A stretch of 64,000 nucleotides of DNA. It comes from Epiperipatus broadwayi (lineage: Eukaryota; Animalia; Onychophora). A program made the position numbers and the translations under genes. Below are positions 25,101 through 36,629 of the stretch, piece by piece. The notes beneath the pieces are model-generated. The model did no database searches. It was given only the letters and a program-made list of their open reading frames with translations, and was not told the DNA's origin. The stretch lies in NCBI GenBank assembly GCA_028023455.1, contig JAQFVV010000003.1:16306001-16370000 (forward strand). The letters are read 5' to 3'. Positions within the stretch are counted from its first letter, which is position 1, and each line of letters opens with the position of its first letter.

Positions 25101-25153
25101 GCAGTGAAAGTGGTGGTATTTTCCGCCCTGAATTAAAATGGTCACCAGTCTAG
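10086..25153 (+). CDS. Unidentified multi-exon host gene (>=109 aa, N-terminus not found), probable ciliary/sperm gene
   Basis: Seven AG/GT-bounded exons join in frame at all six junctions: 10086-10120, 10291-10345, 11088-11111, 13256-13292, 20118-20225, 24922-24943, and 25105 (or 25096)-25153. Product: ISKQTAEILFINGYLIGKNNKLPNISGEYELEEIVSHAVAEKPEIIGLCDELEKRKMEQTKANPKIVILKSSDSPTLQRLVEVVKSIVWGKIESESGGIFRPELKWSPV* (with the 25096 acceptor: ..KIERFCSESGG..). Exons were chosen by eye, so some selection bias applies. Confidence 0.6.
10291..10345 (+). CDS. Coding exon (phase 2 to 0) GYLIGKNNKLPNISGEYE
   Basis: tttatattgtag| acceptor, |gttagt donor, open frame. Confidence 0.6.
11088..11111 (+). CDS. 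24-nt coding microexon (phase 0 to 0) LEEIVSHA
   Basis: gattccag| acceptor, consensus |gtaagt donor. Confidence 0.5.
13256..13292 (+). CDS. Coding exon (phase 0 to 1) VAEKPEIIGLCD
   Basis: tttctttattggtacatag| acceptor, weaker |gttatg donor; phase fits both neighbours. Confidence 0.5.
15422..15641. repeat. ~220 bp hairpin / MITE-like inverted repeat (intronic)
   Basis: Arms of ~100 bp (tgataaacagagcagccaaaattcaaaa..catattg / caatatg..ttttgaattttggctactctgtttatca) with few mismatches and a short imperfect centre. Confidence 0.85.
16230..16640 (+). mobile_element. RTE LINE 3'-end relic
   Basis: ORF 16369..16551 ..SRYEQYLDCRLQSKIHGWKNKQVPLTLLKEIND*SG resembles the RTE C-terminus (RY..LQLILQGKI.GKR..GRPR..W...I.DW.G). 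Confidence 0.5.
17200..18204. mobile_element. Penelope-like pLTR/retrozyme insertion: partial tandem plus inverted copy, three degenerate hammerheads
   Basis: 14-bp direct repeat TAAAATTAAGGCAC at 17186-17199 and 18205-18218. Unit A at ~17201-17435, B+A at ~17525-17870, inverted (B+A) at ~17903-18206. Hammerhead-like CTCA-TTGAGA-T-GAGC-CATAA-GCTC-AAAA-CCAATTGG-TC-TGG at ~17277-17319(-), ~17703-17746(-) and ~18004-18044(+). Confidence 0.7.
18700..19200 (+). mobile_element. Non-LTR retrotransposon RT relic
   Basis: ..QYCLS-TPLLFTIYIEQ.. (similar to RQGC.LSPLLF.IYIE), followed by CVDDI (similar to YADD); broken frames. Confidence 0.45.
20118..20225 (+). CDS. 108-nt coding exon (phase 1 to 1) LEKRKMEQTKANPKIVILKSSDSPTLQRLVEVVKS
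   Basis: tttttaatattatag| acceptor, |gtatgt donor, 35 open codons. Confidence 0.7.
20274..20920 (-). mobile_element. Retrozyme/PLE-pLTR-like insertion with 453-nt hammerhead-to-hammerhead period
   Basis: 10-bp direct repeat TAGTTAGATA at 20264-20273 and 20921-20930. ~170-bp direct repeats at 20277-20447 and ~20728-20900. Minus strand 20471-20433 reads CTCA-CTGACAA-A-GGC-CATAA-GCC-A-GAAA-CTAG-TC-TGGGG; a second GAAACTAGTC-TGGGG lies at 20900-20886. Confidence 0.7.
21361..21475 (+). mobile_element. Short tRNA-derived SINE (same family as 6712-6820)
   Basis: TAGCCGAGAGG (A-box-like), GGGTTCGCGTTCC (B-box-like), GCTATGACA followed by poly-A. Confidence 0.75.
21675..21755. mobile_element. ~80 bp miniature inverted-repeat element in TA context
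   Basis: ATATATGCGGGGTTCG ... CGAACTCCGCATATAT terminal inverted repeats around an AGATGGCAACTG core. Confidence 0.55.
22130..24008 (+). repeat. Two ~80 bp dispersed direct repeats (22130-22206 and ~23929-24008)
   Basis: gattatatcttc(g/a)aact(g/a)ttgctcatgt..taacttacc(a/t)gtaatt..attatagtagaa..ata..actctacttgg occurs twice. Confidence 0.75.
24922..24943 (+). CDS. 22-nt coding microexon (phase 1 to 2) VWGKIE
   Basis: ttttttctgctttag| acceptor, aag|gtatat donor. Confidence 0.5.
25105..25153 (+). CDS. Terminal coding exon ESGGIFRPELKWSPV*
   Basis: ttttgcag| acceptor (alternative in-frame AG at 25095), TAG stop at 25151-25153. Confidence 0.5.
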
Positions 25154-27439
25154 AAAAAACTGATTTTTCTTTTCTTGATTTTAATATAGATTTTTTTTTT
25201 TTACTAATATATTTTTTAATTTGGATAATCTATTTTAAAATTATGAGAAGAAAAATCGGCTGATGATTCTACTATATACATTTTAATATATAGGGTATAT
25301 GAGCACAGACTTTCAGATGACCCATCATTCTCCACTTTATCAAATAACACTTATACACTCAAGCACATATATGCTGAAAAGATAAATAATCAATATACGT
25401 ATTTCATGCTAAACCAGCAATCATCAGTTGGTCCAGATTATTATCTCCCACACATATATACTATAAGTGCTCAGATATATATTAAGATAGACAATTTTCA
25501 TATATATATATATATATTACATATATAGACACAGGTATAGAATAAGCCTGTATTTTAGTTATTACATACATTTTAGAAATAGATATATTGAATTACAAAT
25601 GAATTATAATGTAATATGTCCTTTTTTTTTTTTTTTCTAGAGTAACCAGAATTTGAAGATGTCATTCCTTTACTCTTTATCCAGATTTGGAATTTTTTTC
25701 TTTAGAAATGTCAAGAATTTGAAGATATTACTTCTCTATCCAGATTTGGGACTTTCTGTAATACTCAACTATTTATTTGATAAATGTATTATAGATAAAG
25801 TGAAAAAATTAGAGATTTTTTTTTTTTGGATACTTTAAAAAGATGTAAGTAAAAATAGAATTATCATGTATTTACATAAAAAAATAAATAAATAATAAAA
25901 AGAATGTATTCCAGGTTGATATCACATGAAAATATTTATGTAACTCCAAAAAGTGTACATGAAATTGAGATTCACATATGTGATTATCTGCAACTGTCAG
26001 ATTCACTGTGTTTCTTTACAATTTGTCTTTCTAAGATTATTTATGTATGTTATATTAGTCTTATTTATTTCTGCACAAAGTGTTTTATATCTACAATTTT
26101 AGAAATAAATACTGGCAATGTAAGAAATCCTCTTATACAATTTCAAAAGTCACCTTGTAGATAATGAATAAACATTTTGGCCTCTAGAAAGTATTGCTCT
26201 CCACTCAATGGATATGGATTAACAAAATAAATTTATAGAGAATATATTACAGTTACATAATATATGAGGGATGGATAGAGGATAAATAAATTGGTTTGAG
26301 AAAATGAAATAAAGTTATAAAAATGAATGAAAAAATAGTTTATAGTTATATACTAAAAACAAATATATAAAATGAAAAGAATTACATTACAAGGAACTTA
26401 TTATTTGGTTCAAGGACAGAATCTTTGAATATATATTATAAAGCAATGGGTTCTGACCTTACATGACAGTAGACTTGGATAGGACATCAGAGTAGGTGAG
26501 AAAGTGTATTTAGGATTATATATCCACTCCGATCTCATTCCTAGGAAATGATGTATTAACACACAAACATATATCAAAAATCTATCTGTATACTCATCTC
26601 TTTTCTCCATGCTTGATTTCCATCATTCCCAGAATTTGAGCTTAAGGAGAATATGCATAATATTCTACTTCAGGAAATATTAATATTTCTAATTTTATTG
26701 TGCAAGAATGTAATAAATTGAGAACTGAATATAGAAAAAACACAAATGGCAGTCTTTAATTTAAAATTATATTTAACAAATTTACTCACAATTAACATAA
26801 TTTAGGCAATAACGTTATAACAAAAGTAAATAATTTGTTTAGATATCGATAAATATTCTTTGATTATTATGGTTAGTATTTATTAATCCAATTCCTTTTT
26901 CCCTTCAAAGAATAATCATTTGATATTAATTCTAGCAAAAAATTTAAATTAAGACTTGTTATTATTTATGTTTATACTTGCTTGCTAATTTAAAATTGTA
27001 GTTCATTATTTTCAATAAGTTTATTGATTACTTCACATCAATAATGTGGTGGGATTATGGGATCCCTCCTTCTATCATGTTTAGTTTCTACAAAGATAGG
27101 AAAGACCATTCACACTAGAGACTATATACTGAAAAACAAATAAATAAATGACAGAATAGTTAGTATTAACAAATGAAAAACAACAGTATCACTGTACAAG
27201 TGTTGGAATTTAATGTGTAAGAGTGTAAAATCTTACCTCTCCTCTGGTGATGATTAAATTCATCCACAAACAAGTTCATTTCTGAATCTATATTTTATTT
27301 CAATTTAAAATTAAACCTAATAATGCTTTTCCCTTCTCTAACATATTGAGAGGAGCTTCCCCCCCCCCCTTCAATCTAAAGTAAAGAAATAAATGAAAAA
27401 TTATATATAAAATAAAATGAGTTCATAAAGGAAAATATC

Positions 27440-28130
27440 CATTTCATGTTTCAGTTGGTGGGGTTTGAGTGTTCTAGAATGTACATGATGGTGATCAGAA
27501 GTTCTCTCTTCATATAGCCTGCTTTGAGATGTTGAGTTTGCAGCTTTACATTTAAATAGTAATGTTGTTGTTCACAGCATAAATGCTGGGTCGGATCGAA
27601 CTTGGTTTTGGCAGTTAAGGCTCCTTGGGTGATGACTTTTTTCTCACAATGTACTTCTCCTTTAGCAGCACATGGTTTTATGTGTTTCTATATATGTAGT
27701 TGATAAAAGTTACCAGGTTCGTTGAGAAGCAAGAAATTTGTGTTTAGAAATCTCAAGTTAGAATTGATCTACTTTTTGGCTCAAAATTGAAAATACTCTC
27801 AAAATATTGAATAGTTTAAAGCTGTCTTTGGGATTTATAATTCAAAATTCCTTAGTTGGCTCGGTTTAAATCTGTACACCTTTAATTTAGCTTTAATCCA
27901 TATCCTGCGAGATATTTCAGTTTTATGTTTTGATGGTGGCAGATTTTTCTGTTCGAACCATAAGTTAGATTTTCCACTCACAAAATGTACATATTAGTTA
28001 GATGAGAAGAGTTTTTGATTTGATTTTTGAGAAGATTGTTTATTTGTATCTTTGTTAATCACGAAAACGAGGTCATTGTTTTTGATGTGAATTTGATGTT
28101 TTCAAATAGCAGGTTCATGTTATGCTTTGA
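27440..28130 (-). mobile_element. Probable non-LTR retrotransposon (Jockey/I-like ORF1) relic
   Basis: CpG-richer, strand-biased segment; broken minus-strand frames with Cys-knuckle-like remnants (..LNCQNQ..). Family assignment weak. Confidence 0.3.
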
Positions 28131-28511
28131 ATTAATTATTTATATCATTGTTTATGATTCATATATATATATAGTGAATTAATAACAATAGAAAATATGT
28201 TTATTTCTTTCCTTTAATTTTTTTTTTTTTTTAATTTTCTTGTTTGCATCTAAATTTGATCATCCTTTCCTTGTATTTGCTGTAATGTGTGTAAATTAAA
28301 CAATTGACAGAGATTTTTATAATAAAAATAAATATTAATATCTAAAATTTATAGTTTAGATTATGTATTTATCATATGTTTATTAGATGTTTAATTATTA
28401 AAAAAAGTAAACGTTTAATTATAGAAACAATTGTTTCTCAGCTAATGTTTGTGACTAATTTCATCTTTCAGTAATAAGTTTAATTTGATTTGCATTCTCA
28501 TTAATATATAT

Positions 28512-30919
28512 TGTAATTGCACCCATACAACCCTTTTATTACTTCAGTTGTAACAATTTCCTGATGAGCATGTTGCAGAAAGGAACTATCGATTGGCATT
28601 CCCCAATGCAGATGTTACCCCCCCCTACAACAATATTTCCTGCTCATCAGAGGATGTAGCACCATAGAGACTGGAAGCATCTAGACATTTCTATCTTTGA
28701 TTTTCCAAATGGCGCCACTAGAGTTCCATCTCACTACAACCTGACCTACCTGGATCTAGTTATGCCAGACGTAGCTCAGGAGGCATGAGATTCTCATGAA
28801 CAAATGCACTGAATGATGAGTGATGCATTAAAAACTAAATAGAATTGAACAACTGGATAACTAAAATTAATTTTAAGTAACAATAATTTTATTTAATAAC
28901 AGGTTTAAATAAATGTCCATCAAGCAAAATATTTCATTAACAGTCCCTGTATCTCTTAGGCTTACTTCCAATAACATTTTAGATGGCTTAGAGAATGTAA
29001 TCTGTTGAGAGTATAATAAAGTCCTTCTCTCAAAAGTTCTTCAAGTTTTCATCTTTAATCATTTAGTTACTTTATAGAGAGGAGTGTGATGTATTAAGAC
29101 AACAGAGATAATAATGAAGACAACTAATAGCACTTGATTCAGAGTTCCACGTAATTGTGATTTGTATTATTTTAGGTAGTAGTCACATGTAATGTGGTTT
29201 AAATTATTCATGTATGAATAAATCCTTTACAGATATAATAATGAAGATAACTAATAGCATTGTATTTAATTCAGAGTGAGTTCCACTTAATTTTGATTTG
29301 TAATATTTTAGATAGTAGTCACATGTAATGTGGTTTAAATTATTCATATATGAAGATATTCTTTACAGACATAATAATGAAGACAACTAATAGCATTGTA
29401 TTTAATTCAGAGTTCCACTTAAATTTGATTTGTAGTATTTTAGATAGTAGTCACATGTAATGTGGTTTAATTATTCTTGTATGTAGATATCCTTTACAGA
29501 TATAATAATGAAGATAACTCCTAGCATTTTATTTATTAGCCCATTAGGGTTATGTGTAATAGCTCCGTATTTCTGACTCTTCTAAGTATACTTATTTGTA
29601 TATTAGTAATATAAATCGTTACAAGTAATCGTGTTTAGTTTTCTTAATTCAAATGTATCTGCAGATGAGACGTCAATCCTTACTAAAAATGCCTATTGAT
29701 TATAGATATTATTTTTTTATATTTATCATTAATGAAATGCATTTTCACATAATTCATTATAAGAAAAATATTCGTTTTTTTTTTTTTTTATTTCTTTAAA
29801 CACGTATAAGTATTGAATAAAATACCCTTTGATTATTGACATTTAAGACATCTATCATTTACAATTTATTATCAACAAAACGTATTTTTTTATGCAGCTA
29901 TTTTAATTAATAATTTTTTATTTATTTATAATAAAGATGTTTTGTTTGTCTTTTAAAAATACATATAATTTTAGTTTTATTTATAATAAACATATTTTCA
30001 TATAGCTACATTTATTCATAATTTTAGTTTAAGAAAGACATTTAGTCTTGTTTTTATAAACACATAAATATTGAATATTTTATAAAATTGTTACCTTCAT
30101 TTTTTTATATCCAGTCTGTTAATGGCATTGTTTACTTTCCATGATGCTAATGGCATTGTTTACTTTCCATGATGCTTACCCAGGTAAATCTTGGAGAAAC
30201 ATGGCATTGGAATGAAGAAAGCTGTTACTGTTTAGCTTTTCATCGTTGTTTTCCTTAAGAATGTTTTCTTTTTCCCATCATTAATAGTGGTTCTTTAACT
30301 GCTCTTAATATCTTTTTAAAATTAAAATTTTTTTTCAAAATTCTTCTTTAACATCTACTTGAAAAATATCTCTTTGAAAAAAATAACTCTTTGAAAAAAC
30401 TTTTTTAGAATCTCTCAAAAATCTCTTTGAAAAAACTTTTTTAAAAATCTGCTCTGAACTTGCAACTTGACTATATCTATTCTGATTCTTGGATTGATTA
30501 AGCAGCTCAACCCATGTATCTTAGTTGTCTCACCGCTTTCATTTTAAGTCCGATTGCCTTTCTCTTTCCAAGGATTGCACAATATTTTTTTCTGGGACAG
30601 ATAATGAACCAGGAGGATTAATTCATGTTTTCCAATTTATTAAGACTGCCTCAAGGTATTATCACACTTTATTCGAAAACATTGTTCCAAAAATTAAAAA
30701 TGTAATAATAATAATAAAAAAATGCCAGCTTTAAATAAATACGAGTGATATATTTAAATTATATTGTAATTTAAAACTATAAAATCAATAATGATTTTTT
30801 TTAACTATAAACTTTTTGCTTTATTTCTTTTTTAATTTGATCAAATCATGCTAGTCTTTTTTAAATGGGAGGGGGGGGATCTTTTGAATATATATACGTG
30901 GAACAGTATATCTGTTTCA
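28512..30919 (-). repeat. LTR1 (2408 bp; 3' LTR in element orientation)
   Basis: TGTAATTGCACCC...TATCTGTTTCA; three ~130-bp minisatellite units. Confidence 0.85.
29105..29525. repeat. ~130-bp tandem minisatellite inside the LTR (also ~34035-34475 and ~41605-42290)
   Basis: Unit agacataataatgaagataactaatagcattgtatttaattcagag..gtagtcacatgtaatgtggttt..cctttac; 3, 3 and 5 full copies in LTR1, LTR2 and LTR3. Confidence 0.9.
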
Positions 30920-31480
30920 TTACCCCTCACCAAATTTTGGGATGAAATCGCCTGGAAGTACGATTTTATTCCATATAATATACACATCATTTCTCATTAC
31001 TGCATCTTTTCTGGTTTTAGATGTGCTGATGAAATGGGTAAGACGAGTTGGAAAAGTGAATACATGAACTGTAGCCTCCAATGCTAGAGAAAGTAGATGG
31101 CCAAACACAACCTACCAGTACGCAATGCCCCATGGTGTCACGAGAAAATATCTCATTTTTAAGCACTACCTCTCTTGTACCTAAAAGGATCATCCACAAA
31201 GAGTAGGAGCCAGAAAAAAAACAATTTGGCACTCAGCCAACCCTGCTCAACTTCTGAGTCTTAAGGGCTTATTCATTTGGTCTATTTATAAGACTAAGGC
31301 CTATACATGAGGCCTATATATACATACTGCTGGACTACTCTCAGAGCTCAACATCCAGGTCTGGATAGTGCTGAGCATATACTTTGGAGCATCATAAACA
31401 CAATGCATCCAAGCAGGTCTGCTCAATCATCCACCCATCTCAACATGAAGAACACAAATTCATGCATCACTACATCCCAC

Positions 31481-33204
31481 TCATGAACTTCTTCCATCAG
31501 CTATCTTTATTTTATTGTTCTGTATCATAACTACAACCTGGCTTAGGAGACTGATGGTCATGATCAGTTCTCCTATAATCCTCTCCTGCATTATGAGGTG
31601 ACATACTTCTGGATTGTCTTTTTGTTGGGAGTTTCTCATGCTCAATATCACAGTGGTGGCTTGCTTCTTCACATATTGTCTTTGCAGATCCTTGTTACTG
31701 TTTGATCTTCTAATTACATGGATCTGGTATGGACCATGAACACCATCTGTGGTTTTTCTCTTGTTCCTTTTCCATAGTGGTACTTCATTTTTAGAAATAA
31801 ATAAAGGTCTATTTTTGAATAGTTTTTCTGCCATAGCAACTGTTTTGTTTATTTTTTTTTTGTTATTTGTAAAAGTTTCTTGTTGCTTAATTTTTTTCAC
31901 ATTTATAAATCCTGAGTTTTCAGACTCTTTTAGTTTCTTTTCGTGCATCAGCAAGTATATTTTTAATAACTGTCTTTGTAATTTTTTTTTGTACTCAATT
32001 TCTGATTTAAGCTGATTGAGTTTTTGTTTATGGTTTCTATATATGGCTGAGGACTAACATCCTTTTCTTTCAGATTTTATGGTTTTTTTTCTACCTCTGT
32101 TATTGTTTCAGAGCATGTATCAGACAATTTTTCTGAAATATTTTCTTTTATATTGGACAGTTCCTTAATTATATGCGAATTAAGTTTTTGATTATGTTCA
32201 TTTTCATATTTTTCATCTTCTTGAAGATCAGAAGATTTTAATTTTGCTTTATTAGATTCATTTTCATCCATTTGAAACTCTTTTATTGTGTTTGATAGTA
32301 TTTCAGTCTCAGCTTTCGTATATACTGCTTCTTTTTTTTCAATTTTGGAGATATATTCCACAATTAGAAGTTTTCCTGAAGGTGGAATGACAATTTTGAT
32401 ATCACCCTTTGTAATTTCAATTTCTTCCTTTTTAACAATCTCAAATTTTGCTTCATCAGTAATAGGATATTCAATTTGTGATTTATTTAAAATATCTTTG
32501 GTTGGAAATTCTAAAGTTTCTTCAACTTATTTTAATTTAACAGTATCCTCTGACTCCTTTTCTGCTTTAACATGTTCCTCACTAAACTTTTTTTCAATCA
32601 ATTCTGACATCTCCTTTTGAATATCAATGTGTAACATTTCTTTTATTAACTGGTTGAACTTTTCTTTTTGGATTTCGGTTATTTCTCTTATTTGTTCTTT
32701 CAATTCTCTTGTCTTCTTCTCTGTTCATCTCTTTTCTTGTTGTCTTTTTCTCTGTGTTCACTATGTTTTTTCTCTTCCTCTCTTTTCTTGTTGTCTTCTC
32801 TTAATTTTCTTGTTATCTTCCTCTCTTTTCTTGTTGTCTTCTTCTCTCTGTTCCTCTCTTTTCTTGTTATCTTCTTCTCTCTGTTCACTGTTCTTTTTTA
32901 TCTTCCTCTCTTTTCTTATTGTCTTTTTTCTTTCTTTATCTCTTTTCTTGTTGTCTTCTTTATCTTCCTCTCTTTTCTTGTTGTCTTCTTCTCTCTGTTC
33001 CTCTCTTTTCTTGTTATCTTCTCCTCTCTGTTCTTTGTTATTTTCTTTTATCATTTCCATTAACTGGGCTAACATGGACATCTCTCCTGTTCTCCGTGAT
33101 TGCTTTCGATCGTCTGCTTTGTCTTCTTGTTTATCTTCTTTCTCACGAAGATTCTCTATACTTTCTGTATTCATCATCTTTTTTGTTTTTGATCTGGTTA
33201 TCAT
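31481..33204 (-). pseudogene. Frameshifted gag-like coiled-coil ORF, internal region 1
   Basis: ORFs 32761..33204, 32700..32888, 32077..32361 and 31481..31954; MLAQLMEMIKE followed by REEDNKKREEQ repeats; premature stop near 32529. Confidence 0.65.
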
Positions 33205-33463
33205 TAATATTTTATTATATAGTTTATTTGTACTTTTTATTTCAATTTTGATAAGCTTCTCTCTGCATCCATACCATGATTTAACTCCAAGTCTTTGTTA
33301 TGCCTGTTTTATTCTTTATCTACCATTTATGCCATTCATTTTTGTTCTTTTTTATTTTTCCACCCTTTTTGAATAAATCACATCACTACATCACATGCAC
33401 TGTTAACATCACAGAATCGTGATCTGCTTATGCCTTTGGATAGGCTAGCTAGATAAGGCTAAA

Positions 33464-35901
33464 TGTAACCGCACCCTTACAACCCTTTTATTACTTCAGT
33501 TGTAACAATTTCCTGATGAGCATGTTGCAGGAAGGAACTATCGATTGGCATTCCCCAATGCAGATGTTACCCCCCCTACAACATTTCCTGCTCATTAGAG
33601 GATGGAGCACCATAGAGACTGGAAGCATCTAGACATTTCTATGTTTGGTTTTCCAAACGGCGCCACTAGAGTTCCATCTCATTACAATCTGACTTACCTA
33701 AGTCTAGTTATGCCAGACGTAGCTCAGGAGGCATGAGATTCTCATGAACAAGTGCACTGAATGATGAGTGATGCAATAAAAACTAAATAGAATTGAACAA
33801 CTTGATAACTAAAATTAATTTTAAGTAACAATAATTTTATTTAATAGCAGGTTTAAATAAATGTCCATCAAGCAAAATATTTCATTAACAGTCCCTGTAT
33901 CTCTTAGGCCTACTTCCAATAACATTTTAGATGGCTTAGAGAATGTAATCTGTTGAGAGTATAATAAAGTCCTTCTCTCAAAAGTTCTTCAACAGTTTGC
34001 ATCTTTAATTATTTAGTTACTTCATAGAGAGGAGTGTGATATATTAAGACAACAGAGATAATAATGAAGACAATTAATAGCACTTGATTCAGAGTTCCAC
34101 GTAATTGTGATTTGTATTATTTTAGATGGTAGTCACATGTAATGTGGTATAAATTATTCATGTATGAATATATCCTTTACAGACATAATAATGAAGATAA
34201 CTAATAGCATTGTATTTAATTCAGAGTTCCACTTAATTTTGATTTGTAGTATTTTAGATAGTAGTCACATGTAATGTGGTTTAAATTATTCATATATGAA
34301 GATATCCTTTACAGACATAATAATGAAGATAACTAATAGCATTGTATTTAATTCAGAGTGAGTTCCACTTAATTTTGATTTGTAGTATTTTAGATAGTAG
34401 TCACATGTAATGTGGTTTAATTATTCTTGTATGTAGATATCCTTTACAGATATAATAATGAAGATAACTCCTAGCATTTTATTTATTAGCCCGTTAGGGT
34501 TATATGCAACAGCGCCGTATTTCTGACTCTTCTAGGTATACTTATTTGTATATTAGTAATATAAATCATTACAAGTAATCGTGTTTAGTTTTTCTTAATT
34601 CAAATATATCTGCAGATGAGAAGTCAATCCTTACTAAAAATGCCTATTGATTATAGATTTTTTTATATATATATTTATCATTAATGAAATGCATTTTCAC
34701 ATAATTCATTATAAGAAAGATATTTGTTTTTTTTTTATTTCTTTAAACACGTATAAGTATTGAATAAAATACCCTTTGATTATTGACATTTAAGACATCT
34801 AGCATTTACAATTTATTATCAACAAAACGTATTTTGTATGCAGCTATTTTTATTAATAATTTTTTATTTATTTATAATAAAGACGTTTTGTTTGTCTTTT
34901 AAAAACACGTATGATTTTAGTTTCATTTATAATAAACATTTTAATATAGCTACATTTGTTCATAATTTTAGTTTAAGACATTTTGTCTTGTTTTTATAAA
35001 CACATAAATATTGAATATTTTATAAAATTGTTACCTTCATTTTTTTATATCCAGTCTGTTCCATCAAAAAGGGTTCATTTTATTTAAGCTGAATGACATT
35101 GTTTACTTTCCATGATGCTTACCCAGGTAAATCTTGGAGAAACATGGCATTGGAATGAAGAAAGCTGTTACTGTTTAGCTTTTCATCGTTGTTTTCCTTA
35201 AGAATGTTTTCTTTTTCCCATCATTAATAGTGGTTCTTTAACTGCTCTTAATATCTTTTTAAAATTAAAATTTTTTTTCAAAATTCTTCTTTAACATCTA
35301 CTTGAAAAATATCTCTTTGAAAAAAATAACTCTTTGAAAAAACTTTTTTAGAATCTCTTAAAAATCTCTTTGAAAAAACTTTTTTAAAAATCTGCTCTGA
35401 ACTTGCAACTTGACTATATCTATTCTGATTCTTGGATTGATTAAGCAGCTCAACCCATGTATCTTAGTTGTCTCACCGCTTTCATTTTAAGTCCGATTGC
35501 CTTTCTCTTTCCAAGGATTGCACAATATTTTTTGTGGGACAGATAATGAACCAGGAGGATTAATTCATGTTTTCCAATTTATTAAGACTGCCTCAAGCTA
35601 CTATCACACTTTATTCGAAAACATCGTTCCAAAAATTAAAAATGTAATAATAATAAAAAAAATGCCAGCTTTAAATAAATACGAGTGATATATTTAAATT
35701 ATATTGTAATTTAAACCTATAAAATCAATAATGATTTTCTTTTAACTATAAACTTTTTGCTTTATTTCTTTCAATAATGATTTTCTTTTAACTATAAACT
35801 TTTTGCTTTATTTCTTTTTTAATTTGATCAAATCATGCTAGTCTTTTTTAAATGGGGGGGGTCTTTTGAATATATATACATGGAACAGTATATCTGTTTC
35901 A
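33464..35901 (-). repeat. LTR2 (2438 bp; shared middle LTR)
   Basis: TGTAACCGCACCC...TATCTGTTTCA; three minisatellite units; shares diagnostic indels with LTR3. Confidence 0.85.
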
Positions 35902-36629
35902 TTACCCCCCACCAAATTTTGGGATGAAATCGCCTGGAAGTATGATTTTATTCCATATAATATACACATCATTTCTCATTACTGCATCTTTTCTGGTTTT
36001 AGATGTGCTGATGAAATGGGTAAGATGAGTTGGAAAAGTGAATACATGAACTGTAGCCTCCAATGCTAGAGTAAGTAGATGGCCAAACACAACCTACCAG
36101 TACACAATGCCCCATGGTGTCACGAGAAAATATCTCATTTTTAAGCACTACCTCTCTTGTACCTAGAAAGATCATTCACAAAGTGTAGGTGCCAGAAAAA
36201 AACAATTTGGCACTCAGCCAACCCTGCTCACCTTCTGAGTCTTAAGGGCTTATTCATTTGGTCTATTCATAAGAATAAGGCCTATTAATGAAGCCTATAT
36301 ATACATACTGCTGGACTACTCTCAGAGCTCAACATCCAGGTCTGGATAGTGCTGAGCATATACTTTGGAGCATCATAAACACAATGCATCCAAGCAGGTC
36401 TGCTCAATCATTCACCCATCTCAACATGAAGAACACAAATTCATGCATCACTACATCCCACTCATGAACTTCTTCCATCAGCTATCTTTATTTTATTGTT
36501 CTGTATCATAACTACAACCTGGCTTAGGAGACTGATGGTCATGATCAGTTCTCCTATAATCCTGTCCTGTATTATGAGGTGACATACTTCTGGATTGTCT
36601 TTTTGTTGGGGGTTTCTCATGCTCAATAT

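Noticed and set aside
26844-26851. DRE motif TATCGATA
   Set aside because: Isolated 8-mer in AT-rich DNA with no supporting exon or CpG cluster.
28560-28590. CTGATGAG-catgttgc-a-GAAA hammerhead-like string near the LTR end
   Set aside because: Stem II is only 3 bp with an extra base before GAAA, stems I/III are absent, GAAA is not conserved in LTR2/LTR3 (GGAAG), and CTGATGAGC instead pairs with a downstream GCTCATCAG.
29105-29525. Regularly spaced repeats that might be taken for a CRISPR array
   Set aside because: Units are contiguous ~130-bp tandem copies with no unique spacers, inside an LTR in eukaryotic DNA, and there are no cas genes.
32288-33376. Long Phe/Leu/Ser-rich + strand ORFs (also 39896-40924) resembling membrane proteins
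   Set aside because: Antisense shadows of the purine-rich E/K/R repeat gag ORF on the - strand.
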